DNA of 64,000 nt from Octopus vulgaris (GCA_951406725.2 OX597838.1:25730001-25794000); one strand, 5' to 3'. Shown: positions 1 through 15,571, numbered from the stretch's first letter. Notes: a model not told the origin generated them from the sequence alone. Numbers and translations: made by a program.

Positions 1-1811
1 GACATATAGGCACTCTCTTGCCCCCTTCATTCTTGATCTAATGGATCGACCCAAGATATAGCACCGAGAGAGAGAGAGAGAGAGAAAGAATTGCAGCAGT
101 ATTTGGTTAGTACTTAATTACAGCTGAATAAATTGGAGCAATGTGAAAATCAAATGCCTGGCTCAAGGACAAAATACACCCACCTCTAGGAATTGAACTT
201 GTGTCTTTATGATCATCTGTAAACCACTCTAACCACTAGGCCTCATGCTTTCACTGTCACATTATATGTTTACATGATATGCTCATTTGTATGTTTGCTA
301 ACAACTTGAACAGCAACTTCGTTATCTCAAACAGCAATAAAGACAGCAAGTCCAAATTTGTTTTATTTTTATCAATGATTAATTACTAAATAAAATTAAG
401 CATTGTTCTATTTTATTTCATTTAATTCATTTTATTTTTCATTTTTATAATTTTTTTTTTTTGTTCTAAGCAAGTTATCTGGATATTAAGTACAGAGTCC
501 TCTTCCTTGTTTAATCAATGTCACATGCCCAAAAGAGAAGTTAGACGAGTGAGTGATATGCAGAGAGCTAAATGCAATGGAAACATTTCCATGACGGGAT
601 TCCTTCCTTCCTTTGTTCCCTCCCTCCCGCCTTCCCTTCCTTTCTTTGTTTCTTCCTTTCTTTGTTTCTTCCTTTCTTTCTCTCTTCCCTTCTTTATCTT
701 CCTCCCTTCCTCTCTTTCTCTCTCTCTCTCTTAATTATATTCTTCATTAAATGTGGGACAGTTTAATATTGTTCACACATCAGTTTGACATATAAAATAA
801 TTCTTTATGATTTAGCCAGCCTAGCGTCTTCAGGCCCCCACCTCATTTGTCAGTTGCACACACACATGCACACACACACACACACACATGCACGCAAAGA
901 CACACAGATGCAAGCCTGGCTGTATTTTTCAGAAGCTTGCTCCTCAACCATTTTGTCTTGAGTTCTTTCTCACAGCACGACACCTTGGGCAAGTGTCTTT
1001 CACTATAGTTCTGGACCAACAAAAGAATCGCGAGTTGATTTGGTTGATAGAATCTGAAAGAAGTTCATTTCATACACATACACACACATCAGTTTTATTT
1101 AATGACCATTTTTCCATGCTTGTATGGGTCAGATGGAATTTTTCAAGGCAAATTTTCTATGACTAGATGCCCTTCCTGTTGCCAACCCTCACTCATTTCC
1201 AAGGAAGGTAATATTTCCCTATGGCCAGACATGTTTTCACAGGAGACTGGAAACAAACAACCTCACTTGTGTGATGGTGATGCTCATTTACAAGACGAGG
1301 GTACACACACACACATATTACAGTGATCTTCCTTCAGTTTCTATCTATGAAATACATTCACAAAATTTTGATCAACCCAGAGCTATAGTGGAAGACTGAC
1401 CTGCCCAAGGAGTTTTGCAATGGTGGGATTGAACCTGAAAACACATGGTTGGGAAACAGATTTCTAACCACAAAGTCATGCCTACACACACACATGTGCA
1501 CACACACACACACACACACACTAGTGGGACCCATGGAAATTCCAAGGAATGGAAAAAATTAAGAGGACCTATTCTAGTAAGAAAGGCTGATTTGCATTTT
1601 TATAGCCTTCATAGTTTGGCTTTCTTTGGCTTTCTTTAAAGATTCTTGATGTTCGTCTACATTCATTTCCTCTCATCTCTGTCGGTGTTGTCTTTTACCT
1701 CTTTTTACTATATTTTCTTGCTGTTCCTCTCTGATCCATGCTCTATATCTGAGCATCCTTTCTCAGGCAGCTTGCAATTGTGTTTCTTGTGATAACCAAA
1801 TACCAATTTTT

Positions 1812-2000
1812 TTAACCCTTTCATTACTGTATTTCTTTTGAGATGCTAGTAAAATAACATCGTTATCATTGAGCTAGTGTTAGGAACATAAATTGTGACT
1901 AAGATTTGGTGGAAAATTTGAATTTAAAACTTATGAAAACCAGACATTAATACTAAAGAACTAGAGCCGGTTTCAGCCGGGTTGGTAGCGAAAGGGTTAG
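1812..2000. mobile_element. piggyBac-like non-autonomous element (family A)
   Basis: TTAA-CCCTTT...AAAGGG-TTAG; inverted homolog of 27218-27445. Confidence 0.65.
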
Positions 2001-3307
2001 GGTTAGGGTCAATAAATAATCAGTCGATAAATAATTGCACTTATGCATTAAGCATTGGTTGCTATAAAATGAAAATACTTTTCATAATCAACACACGACC
2101 ACCACTACCACTATGGCTATCCACGTCTCTCTCAATACAACTGTCTTTCCTGTCCATCTCTCTCTATCTACCTTTCCCTTCAGCTAACTTTTTGACCTTG
2201 TCCCTTCCCATCCCCACACATCGTTAACACTCTCTCTCCCTCTTTTTTCTTGTCATCTTTTTCTCTTGTTCTTTACCTCTACCTTCAGCTGACCACGTGA
2301 CCATTTGGCCAAGTGTATTAATATTAATTACATTTCTCTAATTTTTCCTCCTCTCTCTCTCTTTCTCTCTCTCTCTACACTTCTCTCTCACTCCACCTCT
2401 CTCTCACTCCACCTCTCTCTCACTTCACCTCTCTACTAACCAATGTATAACAGGCAAATGAACAAGCAGATTATATATATATATATATTATATAAAGTAC
2501 TGGTATGACTCAGTGGCAGTGTAGTAAGAAGCTGGCTTACCAACCACATGGTTCCGGGTTCAGTCCCACTGTGTGGCACTTTGAGCAAGTGTCTTCTGCT
2601 ATAACCTCAGGCTGACCAAAGCCTTGTGAGTGGATTTGGTAAATGGAAACTGAAAGAAGTCCATCATATATGTATGTATATTTGTGTGTCTTTGCATCTA
2701 TGTTTGTATCCCGCCTCCATCACTTGACAACTGATGTTGGTGTGTTTATTTATGTCCCCGTAACTTACTTTGGCTAAGTTATGGGGATGCTTTATCAAGC
2801 AGTGGTGGGGGACAAACACAGACACATGCATACATACATACATACAGTTTTAGATATGGAAAAAATAAATGAAAGTTTATTCACTCACGATGTAAAAAAA
2901 TAAGATCATAGGAAAGAATTTCATTAGATAACAAACTTTTGTCCTGATCCACAGGTCAACGAATAAAGAATTAATTTATGTATCAGATTCGCATTGAAAA
3001 TACATTAACTACACTATGGCTTAAATAGAAATGTAATTAACAGACAGCAAACAAAAAAAAAAAGTAATAATAATAATGATGATAATGGGAAAAGTGTATA
3101 AAACCAGGCCAATAACTGAATTCCAACCAGTGCAAGGATGGGCTGAGTGGTTAAGAAGCTTGCATTGCTATCACATGATTTCACATGATTTGTGATTCAG
3201 TCCTACCGTGTGGGGTTAAGGGTTGTCTACTTTAGCTCCTGGTTAACCAGTGCCCTATGTGGAAACTTGTTAGTTGGAAACTGCAGAAGGTCTGTCGTGT
3301 GTGCGCC

Positions 3308-3358
<51 letters not shown>

Positions 3359-3370
3359 GTGTGTGTGTGT

Positions 3371-3588
3371 ACAAGGGGGTGATGAAAAGTTCCTGGCTTT
3401 AGGAGTATTGTGAAAGACCTGGTTGGAGGCCCAACCTTCTGAGTTCCTTTACAGGGCTTAGAAAGACTGAAGGACCACTGCAATAAGAGTGTGAATCTGA
3501 GAGGGGAATATTTTGAATAAAATCATAATTAACTGACCCTGCTGTATTTTCTTTTACCCAAAGCCAGGAACTTTTCAGCAAACTCGCA
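3371..3588. mobile_element. Mariner-derived MITE
   Basis: Inverted ends TGAAAAGTTCCTGGCTTT / AAAGCCAGGAACTTTTCA. Confidence 0.7.
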
Positions 3589-5599
3589 TGGGTGTGTGTG
3601 TATATATATATATATCATAACAGTGATCTTGAACAAAACACTTAATTTCATGTTACCCTGCAATTATTTTGATGTCTGACACATGGTACACTGTGCACCC
3701 ATGCAGATATTATCGGTTCAATGGAGGAAGTGAGTTAATGTACGGCACAAAAATTTGATCACTTATAAACGAATCATCCTCTGCGCAGGTTGTTCAGCAA
3801 GCAATTACAGAACTCTCATCTACAACAGGAGAGTCCCCCCTCTCTCTCTCCTCGCATGAGGCAGCCATGTTTCCCCTCTAATGCAAAATTCTTTTTTTTC
3901 TGCTCCTTGATACCACCTCCCCCCCACCTCAGTTGAGGGGGCTTGTCTTACAAGTTACTTGGCGACCTCACTGCTGCTGGTGTCACATAAAATGCACCCA
4001 GGACACACTGTAAAGTGGTTGGTATTAGGAAGGCAGAAACGAGCTGGCAAAAACGTCAGTACGCCGGGCGAAATGCTTACTGGTATTTTGTCTGTCTTTA
4101 CGTTCTGAGTTCAAATTTCGCCAAGGTCGACTTTGCCTTTCATCCTTTTGGGGTCGATAAATTAAGTACCAGTTACGCACTGGGGTCGATGTAATCGACT
4201 TAATACCTATGTCTGTCCTTGTTTGTTCCCTCTATGTTTAGCCTCTTGTGGGTAATAAAGAAATAGGTATTAGGAAGGGAATCCAGCCATAGAAACCATG
4301 CCAAAACAGAGAGGATTGGTGCAGCCTTCTGACTTGCCAGTTCCTGTGAAACCATCCAACCTATGCCTGCATGGAAAATGGATGTTGTATGATGATGATG
4401 GTTCCAAAACCACATGATTGCAGAGCAAATTTCTTTATCATACAACCATGCCAGTGCCAATCATTGGGGGTATTCTTCTATTTATGGTGCCACATGTTCG
4501 TTCATAGTGAGCCAGAGTTCATATTGCTTGACTGATCCAGAAGTTGGACTCACACCTACTTGCTAAACTACTACACATAACACTTGACACTTAATACTTT
4601 ATTCACCCTTCCCATTGTCCCAATTACTCCGACAAATATGCTTTTGGCAAACCCGCCTCCATTACAGAGGTTCTCAAACTATAGAATACAACCCCAGAAA
4701 ATAATGAAATCCTTTTGGTCCTCACTATTTTATTAATGAGTAGAAATAAAATTGGGATTTGCATCCACATAATTCTTCTTTCTTCATCATGCTGTCAGAC
4801 AAGTTTAACTCTTTAACTGAGAAATGAAATTTTATGGTTATACCGGTAATGATTTTAAATATCTACCAAAAAACTGAATTGGTATTTTCTACAAGTCACA
4901 TTGCCTAAGTAAACTTGATGTATCTCAACAGAGGACAGTTTCAGATATGATATTCCTCAACAAAAGAGAGATTGGTTTTTTAAACTGCATTCTGTAGTTA
5001 AAGATAACGAAATTTTGAGTGGATATATCTGATTCCCGTAGTAACAAAGTTAAACAGTTTAAAACTATATGAATTTAATTAAATACAACACTCTGTCTGC
5101 TCTACTTTTTGACCTTCAGAGCCCTCCATCAAGCCCTCTGCCTCATGCAAAACACTGAATTAGGTCACCTTGGTGACAAAAGCTATCAACTACTTCAGTG
5201 GAACATTCCAAGCATTTGAAAGAAATTATCTCGTGTGTAATTCTTTGCGCTGCTGCTCCTGTACCTGCCACATATGAAGTCTACTTCTTATCAATCTGCC
5301 TGTGACCCTGCAACACACTTTGTGCATTCATGGTTTACAAAGGTATACTGTAAGGAATTCCTAGCCAGTCCATTTTTTGGAATAGTGACTATGAACATTT
5401 TCTCAATAGCACTAATGTCCTATCTTCTTTCCTGCTAACTATAACTTTACTCCAGAGGCATAATACAAAATAGAAAGTGACAGCGCACTCCCCTGTCCAA
5501 GGGCGGGTGTAGAGGGATACAAAATTTTCTCTTGCTTATCATGTCTTGTAGTCCATTGCCTCTCCTTTTGTTGTAAATGTCCATGCTTATTTTCAGACT

Positions 5600-6180
5600 T
5601 TTTAATTATCCCTTATTTCATACATTCCAAGTAATATAATGCACACTGACATTGCACATCCAGCGAAGCATACCAGCTTCATTTCTTTCAAGCCTATGCA
5701 TGTCTTTGGCTGTCACAACCCATGTTTCACTGCCGTGTAGCATGGCTGTTTGCACACAGACATTATACAGTCTACCTTTCACTCTGAGGGAAAGGCCCTT
5801 TGTTGTCAGCAGAGGTAAGAGCTCTCTGAACTTTGTCCAGCCTATTCTTAGTCGTACAGCTACGCTATCGGTGCATCGACCTCCACTACTGATTTGGTCA
5901 CCTAGATAATGGAAGCTATCAACTACCTCTAGCTTACCCACTGGCATTTGAGAGTCTATTTTTTGTACATTTTTAGCGTTAATTGCACCTGTGCACCTTC
6001 CGCACACAAAAACTATTTTCCCAGTTAACCTTTTTCTGATATTGTTGCACCTATGGGTCCATAGCTTGCATCAAGTACATCTTATGGAGTTTCTACCAAC
6101 ACCTTTCCTACAGATTGAGCAGGGCCAGCTACCTGAAGGGATTTATGATTTGTCTGCTCTCCTACTGAGGGCTTTTGATT
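5600..6180 (-). mobile_element. RTE LINE fragment (same family)
   Basis: EVVDSFHYLGDQ...KFRELLPLL...MLHGSETW; a more decayed copy lies at ~5130-5400. Confidence 0.85.
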
Positions 6181-6462
6181 CTTTATTTCTTGAGTAAGCT
6201 GAGGGTGTGCAATTATTATTTTCTGAAACAAAGATTAGACAGAGTGAGCAAAAAGTGCAGCAATGACCCCCAAAAAGGTATGTCCTCAAATACCTTACAC
6301 ACTCTGTACATATATATATCCTTGTGTGTGTTTTTTAGGGTGTATGTAGCTTAGTCATGCTTATGTGCCTGCTTATATCTGCCTTTTAGGGGTGGAGTGT
6401 GTAGCTTAGCCTCTTATATCCTCATGTTTGTGTGTGTATATTCATGACTGTGTGGATACATA

Positions 6463-6493
<31 letters not shown>

Positions 6494-6594
6494 GCATGTG
6501 CATGTCCCTATCTAGCATCATATGCAGTGGGCATCATTATCAGTTTATTTATGAGAGATCAGGTGTCACTGTTGATGTCATTGGGGAGAGAACA

Positions 6595-6680
<86 letters not shown>

Positions 6681-7480
6681 GCGGGGAGACAGACAAGGTT
6701 AGGAACAAAAAGAGATTGAAAGATAAGACAGAGAAGTGGAGAAACAAATATACATATGTGCATGCGTGTGCACACACACAAACAATCTCCCACCCCAACC
6801 CCGGGCTAAAGAATCTTAAGTTGACATGCAGTAAGACAAATAAAAAAAGAAACAAGATGAGTAGTAGTAGTAGTAGTAGTTTTTGTTGAATGATGATGAT
6901 GGGAAAGAACAAGAGGATGAAAGGTGGGAAAGTATGGTGCAGGAGGAAGTTGAGGTAATTAAAGGTAGTTTGGAACATGTGACTAGGTAAAGGTGAGAAG
7001 AGAGGTTTATTACCTGGGCAGATAACTGCTGTGGTTGTTGATTGAAAAACTGGATATAAGGGGTGTCAGATGTGTTCGAGAAAGAAGACCAAACTGATAT
7101 GGACATGGGACATGTAGGAACAGGTACAGCTGAATAAAGAAGATCCTGGTTGGCCAGTCACTTAATGTGGCTGGATGGAACCAGTAGAAGAGGAAGACTT
7201 AGGAAGATATGGAATGAAGTGCTGACCTCAGGAGCTGCTGCCTAATGGATGAGATGACAAATGACTGGGATCTCTGGTGATATGAGGTCCTCAAAATGAC
7301 TTGCCCTGCTCAGTAGGAGTGAGTACTGCAAACGCTATATCTTAGGTCCTCCACTTGTTACAGTGACTCCCTCCTTTCACGTACTATGTCTATGTCTTCC
7401 GCTCGCCTTCTCTCTTGTCATGTGTGCGTGTGTTACATATTTAAAATATATTAAGGCAGAAACATTGGAGTGGCTGTGTA

Positions 7481-7643
7481 TAGGCGCAGGAGTGGCTGTG
7501 TGGTAATTAGCTTGCTTACCAACACATGGTTCCGGGTTCAGTCTCACTGTGTGGCACCTTGAGCAAGTGTCTTCTACTATAACCTTGGGCCTACCAAAGC
7601 TTTGTGAGTGGATTTGGTAGATGGAAACTGAAAGAATCCCATC

Positions 7644-7689
<46 letters not shown>

Positions 7690-7882
7690 CTGTGTTTGTC
7701 TCCCCAACATCACTTGACAACCGATGCTGGTGTGTTTACATCCCCATAACTTAGCGGTTCAGCAAAAGAGACCGATAGAATAAGTACTAGGCTTACAAAG
7801 AATAAGTCCTGGGGTCGATTTGCTCGACTAAAGGTGGTGCTCCAGCATGGCCACAGTCAAATGACTGAAACAAGTAAAAGAG
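7481..7882 (+). mobile_element. SINE family 1
   Basis: Near-identical to 8714-9115. Confidence 0.9.
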
Positions 7883-8713
7883 TATGCTGGGCAAAATGCT
7901 TAGCAGTATCCCTTTCATCCTTTCAGGGTTGATAAATTAAGTACCAGTTGCGTAGTGGAGTCGATCTAATCGACTGCCCCCTCCCCCCTCCCCCAAAATT
8001 TTGGGCCTTTCTCCTAAAGTAGAAAAGAATATATTTTATATATATATATATAAGTGCAGATGTGGCTATGTAGTAAGAAGTTTGCTTCCCAACCACATGG
8101 TTCTGGGTTCAGTTGTAGTGCATGGCATCTTGGGCTAGTGTCTTCAACTATAGCTTTGGACCACCCAAAAGCCAGCCTTGTGAGTGAATTTGGTAGATGG
8201 AAACAGAAAGAAGCCTGTCGTGTGTGTGTGCCTTTGTGCCTGTGTTGGTCCCCCCCACCACCACTACCACCACCACCCCTACCACTTGACAGCCAGTGTT
8301 TGTCACTGTTTGTATCCCTCTAATGTTGCAGTTCAGTAAAAGAGACTGATGGAATAAGCAGCAGGCTTAAAAATAATTAGTACTAAGGTTTATTCATTCG
8401 ACTAAAGTTCTTTGAGGGAGTGCTCCAGCATGGCCACGGCCTAATGACTGAAACAATTAAAAGGTAAATGATTTATAAACTCGTATCAACTTTATGTTGT
8501 CAGATCAAAAGGATTAAATCCAATAATACCAAAAACAGCAAAAATGCTGTCACACCTTGTGCGTACCTAACAAAGGAGGCTTGTTTACAAAGTTCTACCA
8601 TAACACCAAATTTAATTGAAAGGTGCTCCGCAAAAGACCTTTCAGTAAAAACCTAAGTACCACCCCACTCAAACCCATGCACCCAAAGATGATTTTTTAA
8701 CTTAACAGATACT

Positions 8714-9115
8714 AGGTGCAAGAGTGGCTGTGTGGTAAGAGCTTGCTTACCAACCACATGGTTCCGGGTTCAGTCCCACTGCGTGGCATCTTGGGCAAGT
8801 GTCTTCTACTATAGCCTCGGGCCGACCAAAGCCTTGTGAGTGGATTTGGTAGACGGAAACTGAAAGAAGCCCGTCGTATATATGTATATATATATATGTG
8901 TATGTATGTTTGTGTCTGTGTTTGTCCCCCTAGCATTGCTTGACAACCAATGTTGGTGTGTTTACGTCCCCGTCACTTAGCGGTTTGGCAAAAGAGACCG
9001 ATAGAATAAGTACTGGGCTTACAAAGAATAAGTCCCAGGGTCGATTTGCTCGACTAAAGGTGGTGCTCCAGCATGGCCGCAGTCAAATGACTGAAACAAG
9101 TAAAAGAGTAAAAGA
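8714..9115 (+). mobile_element. tRNA-derived SINE family 1, with internal microsatellite (octopus-type)
   Basis: A box TGGCTGTGTGG, B box GGTTCAGTCCC; many copies in the window. Confidence 0.9.
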
Positions 9116-9320
9116 GAGAGAGAGAGAGAGAGAGAGTATGTAAAGGCAAAACCAACTCTAATGCATCATAGTCCAATGGTAGCTTAACTAGACGAAACTT
9201 TGAGGTTACTGTCACCAACATTCTTGTATAAGAATAATAAATTGGTACTCTACAAAAGTACAGAGTAACCCATTGGGTTAATTGTTTTTATTATAACTGA
9301 ACATAGAAATAAACATTAAT

Positions 9321-9352
<32 letters not shown>

Positions 9353-11159
9353 ACACACACACACACACACATGCACATATTTATATATATCAAACAGTAA
9401 ACACAGATGACATTTACAGCACTTGAAGTTTGTAGTTCATGTTTTATATATTTCACTGTGAGCTTTATGTGTTTGTATCTAGTTATTTCCTTCTGTCCTA
9501 CATGTTGATGCACCTGGATTCTTAAAGGGTCCTAATAATTATATTGTATATGTATGTCCATAACCGTCAATGGTTATTTTTGGTACTTTTCTTGCTGTAT
9601 TGTGTATTTGGTTCGGTTTTTTTTTTTTTGCATCTGTTATTCTATTTTTGATCTACTGTATAAAAGAAGACATATCCTTTAATTTGCTGCTTATCTTTAC
9701 ACGAAATGAGGGGATACATTGCAGAATGAGACACCTCTTCACTGCCAGATGATCCTGAACCAGTTGCTAAGTATCCTACCCGTGAGGGATTAATGCTGGA
9801 TGTGTTGAAACAGTTGTTGTGATTAATAAAAATTCTCATACCTTCCAACTTCCCTCTACCACACACACACACACTCACACATATATACATACATATATAT
9901 ACACATATATGTGTATATATATGTGTATACATATATATACACATATATGTGTATACATATATATATATATATACATACATATATGTGTATACATACAATT
10001 GCCTAAGTTGGCATGAAGTGGGACTGCCTGGTTTTGATTTTTCCTCTAATATAATATATACAAGCTATAAAAGAACACTAACACAGATCCCTAAATTTAG
10101 CCTTTGCTGTGGTTGACCAACTATAGCACTTACCCAGTGTACCCATTTGTTTACATCACAAGTGAATTAAACCCCTCATATTCTTCATATATATATATAT
10201 ATGAATTTTGTATGTATAAGTACACACATATATATACAAATTTTGCATAGTGCTGGGGTTGATTTGTTTGACTAAAATTCATCGAGGCAGTGCCCCAGCA
10301 TGGCTGCAGTCTAATGATTGAAAAATAAAAGTAAAAAGATATATAATTTTGCAGAAACACAGTAATTACCTGCTTCGTAGGAAACGAAGGAATCCAAGAA
10401 AGCTTCTGGCAATTGGTATCGGCATTGGGAGAGGAATTTTTACATAAATTAATCACAAAGTTGCTGTATTGACTGCAGCTGTGTTTCTCTACCTGTCAAA
10501 GCTGTCCAAAAATCAGCTTCGATGTATTGCATTCTTCTTCAATTTCACTGTATATAAATACACACACACACCCACCCTCTTGCGTACATACACATGCATT
10601 TAAGATGGTGATAGTGATGATGATGATAATGCTGATAATCTTGATTTTGATGATGATGACGATGATGATGATGATGACAATGAACTTTCCCATCAAGAAC
10701 AGCATATGAATGTTCAGTAATAAAGGTTAAAATATAATTCATAAAAGCTGATAAAAGATCTAAATAAATGGAAACAAGAATTGATAAAAAAAGAAAAAAT
10801 TGATAAAATTAATAACAATTACAGCCAAAAAATTAAGCTAAATAATTATGACATCTCACTGATTACATTTTAGCTTTTGTGTGTCAGTGTCCCCTTGCAT
10901 GCCTTTTGCTCAGAACAAACAGGATAGCTGTCACCCTTCGAACTGCAGCAGAGCTGACAGACGTAGCAAATATATTAATTTTCTAATACTGCATGGAATG
11001 AGTCTTTGATTTAGAAAAGAGTTTGTTTTCATGCTTTAATTTCAGCTCTTTCTCTAGGAACTGTGAACCCTTTCAAAGAATTAATTATACCAAGATTGAC
11101 AACTGAGAGGAAAGTGCTCCCTAAGTTGTAGATATGTTTCCAGTTGCTTCTGTCATTCC

Positions 11160-11387
11160 TTAACCCTGTAGCATTTAAACCAGCCATATCAGGTCAAAAC
11201 ATTCTACCTGTTTTATGCTTGAACCAGCCAGATCTGTCATCTCACACCTACCCTACAATGTCATTGTAAAAATAAACAATCGCATCATCAAAATCTCAGA
11301 GCTGTAAGATAATGCATGATTAATTTAAAACAATGTGAATAAATAAGCATTACATTGGACAGAATAATCTGAATTCTAAAGGGTTAA
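11160..11387. mobile_element. piggyBac-like non-autonomous element (family B)
   Basis: TTAA-CCCT...AGGG-TTAA; inverted homolog at 51653-51879. Confidence 0.7.
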
Positions 11388-13218
11388 TCTTGTTTTTGTA
11401 ATGTAAGGCATGTATACACCAGCCTGTTGCCTGTGGGCCCCTTCAAGTCTACGAGCTCAATGATAACCTATCTATGCTGTGTAGACTTTACCCTGGATCC
11501 TAAAATGTTAAGGACATCTGTGAGTACAGTAATGATTTTCTGACACATCATGGGATTGGATTAAATAACTGATTATACAGGAGTATTTTGAGGGATTCTA
11601 GTATCTTCCATATGAAGAACAGGTCTTACACAGTGCTTCTGTGCATGTCATAAAAACACTTCAATTCCTTTTTCCAGAATATCACTGTTTGGGACCTTGT
11701 CATCTCCTGAAATATTACATATTGGCTTCAAATTTTGGCACAAGGCCAGCAAGTTCAGAGGTGGTGGGTAAGTCAATTACATTGACCCTAGTGCTCTAAA
11801 TTTACTCTTGTTGCTGGATATTTTAATCATCAAAAAACATTAACATAAACATCAACATCTACAAATTGTTTACACCTTGACATTGAAATACTCTACAATA
11901 CTGTTATGTCTTGACATTGAAAACATATAGTGTATGTTTAATCATTGTGAATTGTAGAAACTTGAAATAAGAGACTCAGGAATTAAAATAAATACTATTT
12001 GAATGACAGAACCCATCAAGGTTAATTACTAATGGAAGATAATGGAATAAAACATGCCTGTGCCATGAGCATTCAAGAATTATGAAGGACAAAAAAATTA
12101 ACTACTAGCATCAAATTACCCACTAATAACACAACACCAATAGTCAAAAAGTATGCTTGCTCTAAACTGCAGAAGCTGTATTGGCCTGAGAGAAGACATC
12201 TATCTATAATCCATTCAAAGTCAGTTTGAATCTTGCTTGCTTGCTTGCAATGTTACCCAGCCAAACTGGTGCATACTGGGAAAATACTATGAATTAAGTT
12301 TACCCTAAAATGTTAATATGAACGGTATAAAACAAGTTTCATGTAAATCAGACAAATAGTTTTAAAGATATTAGAGGTTTACAGGTATAAATACCTAAAA
12401 CGATGCAAAATGGGAAAATATTCTGAAAATAATCTTCATCCTGAAAGAGAAGAAGCTCTTATCTTTCTATTAGACAGTGAGTTGACAATGAAAAAATATG
12501 ATTTTTTTGTTACAGTAAATGTTTCTAATTTCACTTTTATTAAGCACACTATTTTAATCATTTAGAAATATTTTTAAGTGAATGTGATTTCAAAATTGTA
12601 AGTTGTTTGTACAGTAAGTATTTATATTTTAGCTTCCTTTAAACAGACAATATATTAATGTTTTTTAAAATCATTTTCAAGTGAATACCATTACAAAATT
12701 TTTTTGCTTATTTAAAAAATATTTTGAAGTGAAAATGACTTAAAAAATATGGTAAATATTTCATAAAAGACCTGTTCATAACCTCAGTGTGAAATAGATT
12801 TTTCCATAGGTGTTTTTTCAGGTGCATTCAATGTATTTCACCTCCAAAGATTTGGCTGCTATTTCTAGCACAACCTGCTGCCACATGACAACTATTTGCA
12901 ATAAAGGACCCAAAATACCAGTTATGTGGTATCAGGGCATGCAAGAAATAGCAGCCAAATCGTTTCCTTTTTGGGGGAAGGAGCTGTTTACACGTGATTT
13001 CAATGTTACATTCATTGAAAGCATGCAAAAAAAACCTGAAAATGGAAAAAAAACCCCCACAAAACAAAACTCTGTTGCTGGGAAACTCAGACTTTCTCCC
13101 TGACTTAATGGGTCACAGGTAGTCTAGTATCTTATAAATTTAAATTAGGACTTATAGTCACTGTAAAAAAAAAAATCACTTGTTCATAACAAGTTTAATT
13201 TATGTTATTTGATGTAAT

Positions 13219-13650
13219 GTTAGTTAGTTAGTTAGTTAGTTAGTTAATTTGGCTCAAAAGCAAATAGCAAGGCCATGTAGGGGGGACACGGAGTTAAGTA
13301 CAGGGTGGTGTTCATGTAAAGAGTTCAGGCCACTTGAGGTCAAGGGAGGCTTTGAACAAAGCGGTCGTCGGCATCTTCACCATCTCGTCTGGCAGCTTGT
13401 TCCACGGATCTGCAACCCAGACGGATAAAGCTCCTCTCCTTCGATTGAGATGAAATCGTCGCAGGTAGAGCTTTTCGGAATGACCCCGCAGCCGACGCTC
13501 TGGAGCAGGAGTGAAGAACAGCTCTTTCGAGAGGTTACACTTTCCGCTTATGATGTTGTGGGCGAGAATGAGATCACCACGGCGGCGGCGTTTTTCAAGA
13601 GAATAAAGGTCGAGTGTCCTCAGCCTTTCTTCATAGGACAAATTTTTGAG
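13219..13650 (-). mobile_element. CR1-clade LINE 3' end with (AACT)n tail
   Basis: LSYEERLRTLDLYSLEKRRRRGDLI...RGHSEKL...WNKLP...FKASLD, the CR1 C-terminal signature. Confidence 0.9.
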
Positions 13651-14647
13651 GAGGATTACAAAGAGTAAACAAAACTTATTTTGAAAAACAGTTTTAAAAT
13701 TCAAAAGCAATGAATATAAAATCATAACATCAGAAAGATTCCACTAGATGAACATTTAGATTTACACACAATAAACAGATAACCGCAGATCTGAGTCTCG
13801 CCACTTGTTTTGACAAAAACCACAGATCAGACAGGGTTAAGTAAAGAAACCTACCAATCACAACTGAAGAAGCTATAACATATCAAATAGAGACATCACG
13901 CTATTGTAGTTCACATTCTCTCATACAAACATCTAAAAAACCATATATTTTATTGTCACTCACAGGCCAGCTAATAATACGCTATTTCTGTGATTTTTAA
14001 CTACTCTAACAAACTCTTGTTCATACTATCCCGTGATATGATCTCTAGATTAACACAGGTTTGACTTATGGTGCAGTTATCATTGATACCATCATGTAAC
14101 CTAATACTTGGGCATAATGCACAACTGTAATTCTTGCTGTCACGTAGCACAATCACTGCACTTAAGCAGTTTAAACTTTTTGGTGTGGCTCATTCATCCA
14201 ATAACATGAAACTCTGACCTTGTGATCAGTTTTCAAAATCCTCTAAATTTCTCTGCAAAACTCAATGTCCAAAATTACTACTTCCTTTGACTCACCAAGA
14301 ATATTCTAACAGTAACTCAGCATTCGCTTTCAGGCTTGTGGACAAAATTGAGATGTCTATGGGAGTACAGATGCAGGCTCTCACAGAAGCTGCTAGCGTG
14401 TTGGACTAATTCTTTTACTTGTTTCAGACATTTGACTGTGGCCATGCTGGAGTATTGCCTTGAAGGGTTTTAGTCGAAGAAATCAATCCCAGGACTTATT
14501 CCTTGTAAGACAAGTGCTTATTCTTTTGGTCTTTTTGCTGAACCGCTAAGTTACAGGGACGTAAACACACCAACATCAGTTGTCAAGTGATGATAGGGGA
14601 ACAAACACAGACACATACATACACACATATGTATGTATGTATGTATG

Positions 14648-14713
<66 letters not shown>

Positions 14714-15571
14714 ACAGGCTTCTTTCTGTTTCTGTCTATCAAATCCACTTACAAGGCTTTGGTCAGCCTGAGACTATAGTATAAGACACTTGCCCAAGTG
14801 GGACTGAATCTGGAATCATGTGGTTGGGAAGCAAGCTTCTTATTTCTTTATTGCCCACAAAGGGCTAAACATAGGAGGGACAAACAAGAACAGACAAAGG
14901 GATTAAGTTGATTACATTGACCCCAGTGTGTAACTGGTACTTAATTTATCGACACCGAAAGGATGAAAGACAAAGTCGACCTCGGCGGAATTTGAACTGA
15001 GAACGTAGCGGCAGACGAAATACTGCCAAGCATTTCGCCTGGTGTGCCAACGTTTCTGCCAGCTTGCTGCCTTCTTACTCACAGCCATACCTGCACCTAA
15101 TGATTGTAAGATTGTAGTTTCAATTCTCTGATGAAGTATTTTGCTATGTTCTTGAGCAAAACATTTCACTTCACACTACTCCAGTTGAATCAGCTTAAAA
15201 TGGGTACCAGCAACAGCTGGAGACTAACTGTGCAAGTGATTGATGTACTCTTTAGGGGTGAGCATTGTATGTACTCTTGGTCAATTACACACCACGGAAA
15301 CTGGAAGAAGGTCAGCTTAATGGGCCCCTGAGATTGCGACAGATATAAAACCTATGAGGGAGCAGAGATTCTTCTTCTTTTCGCTGATGATGCCCACCAT
15401 TGTGAAAATGTCAGCTGACTAAGTAAAAGCAAACACTACAGATAATGTGTGCATATGTCAAAGGTCATTGATGTATTTGTTTTACATTTGTTTTGTATAT
15501 GTAATTATCATTGTGTGTGTGTATGGGTGTTTGGTAAATAGTCTGCTTCCCAACATGACTCTGGGAAAGTA

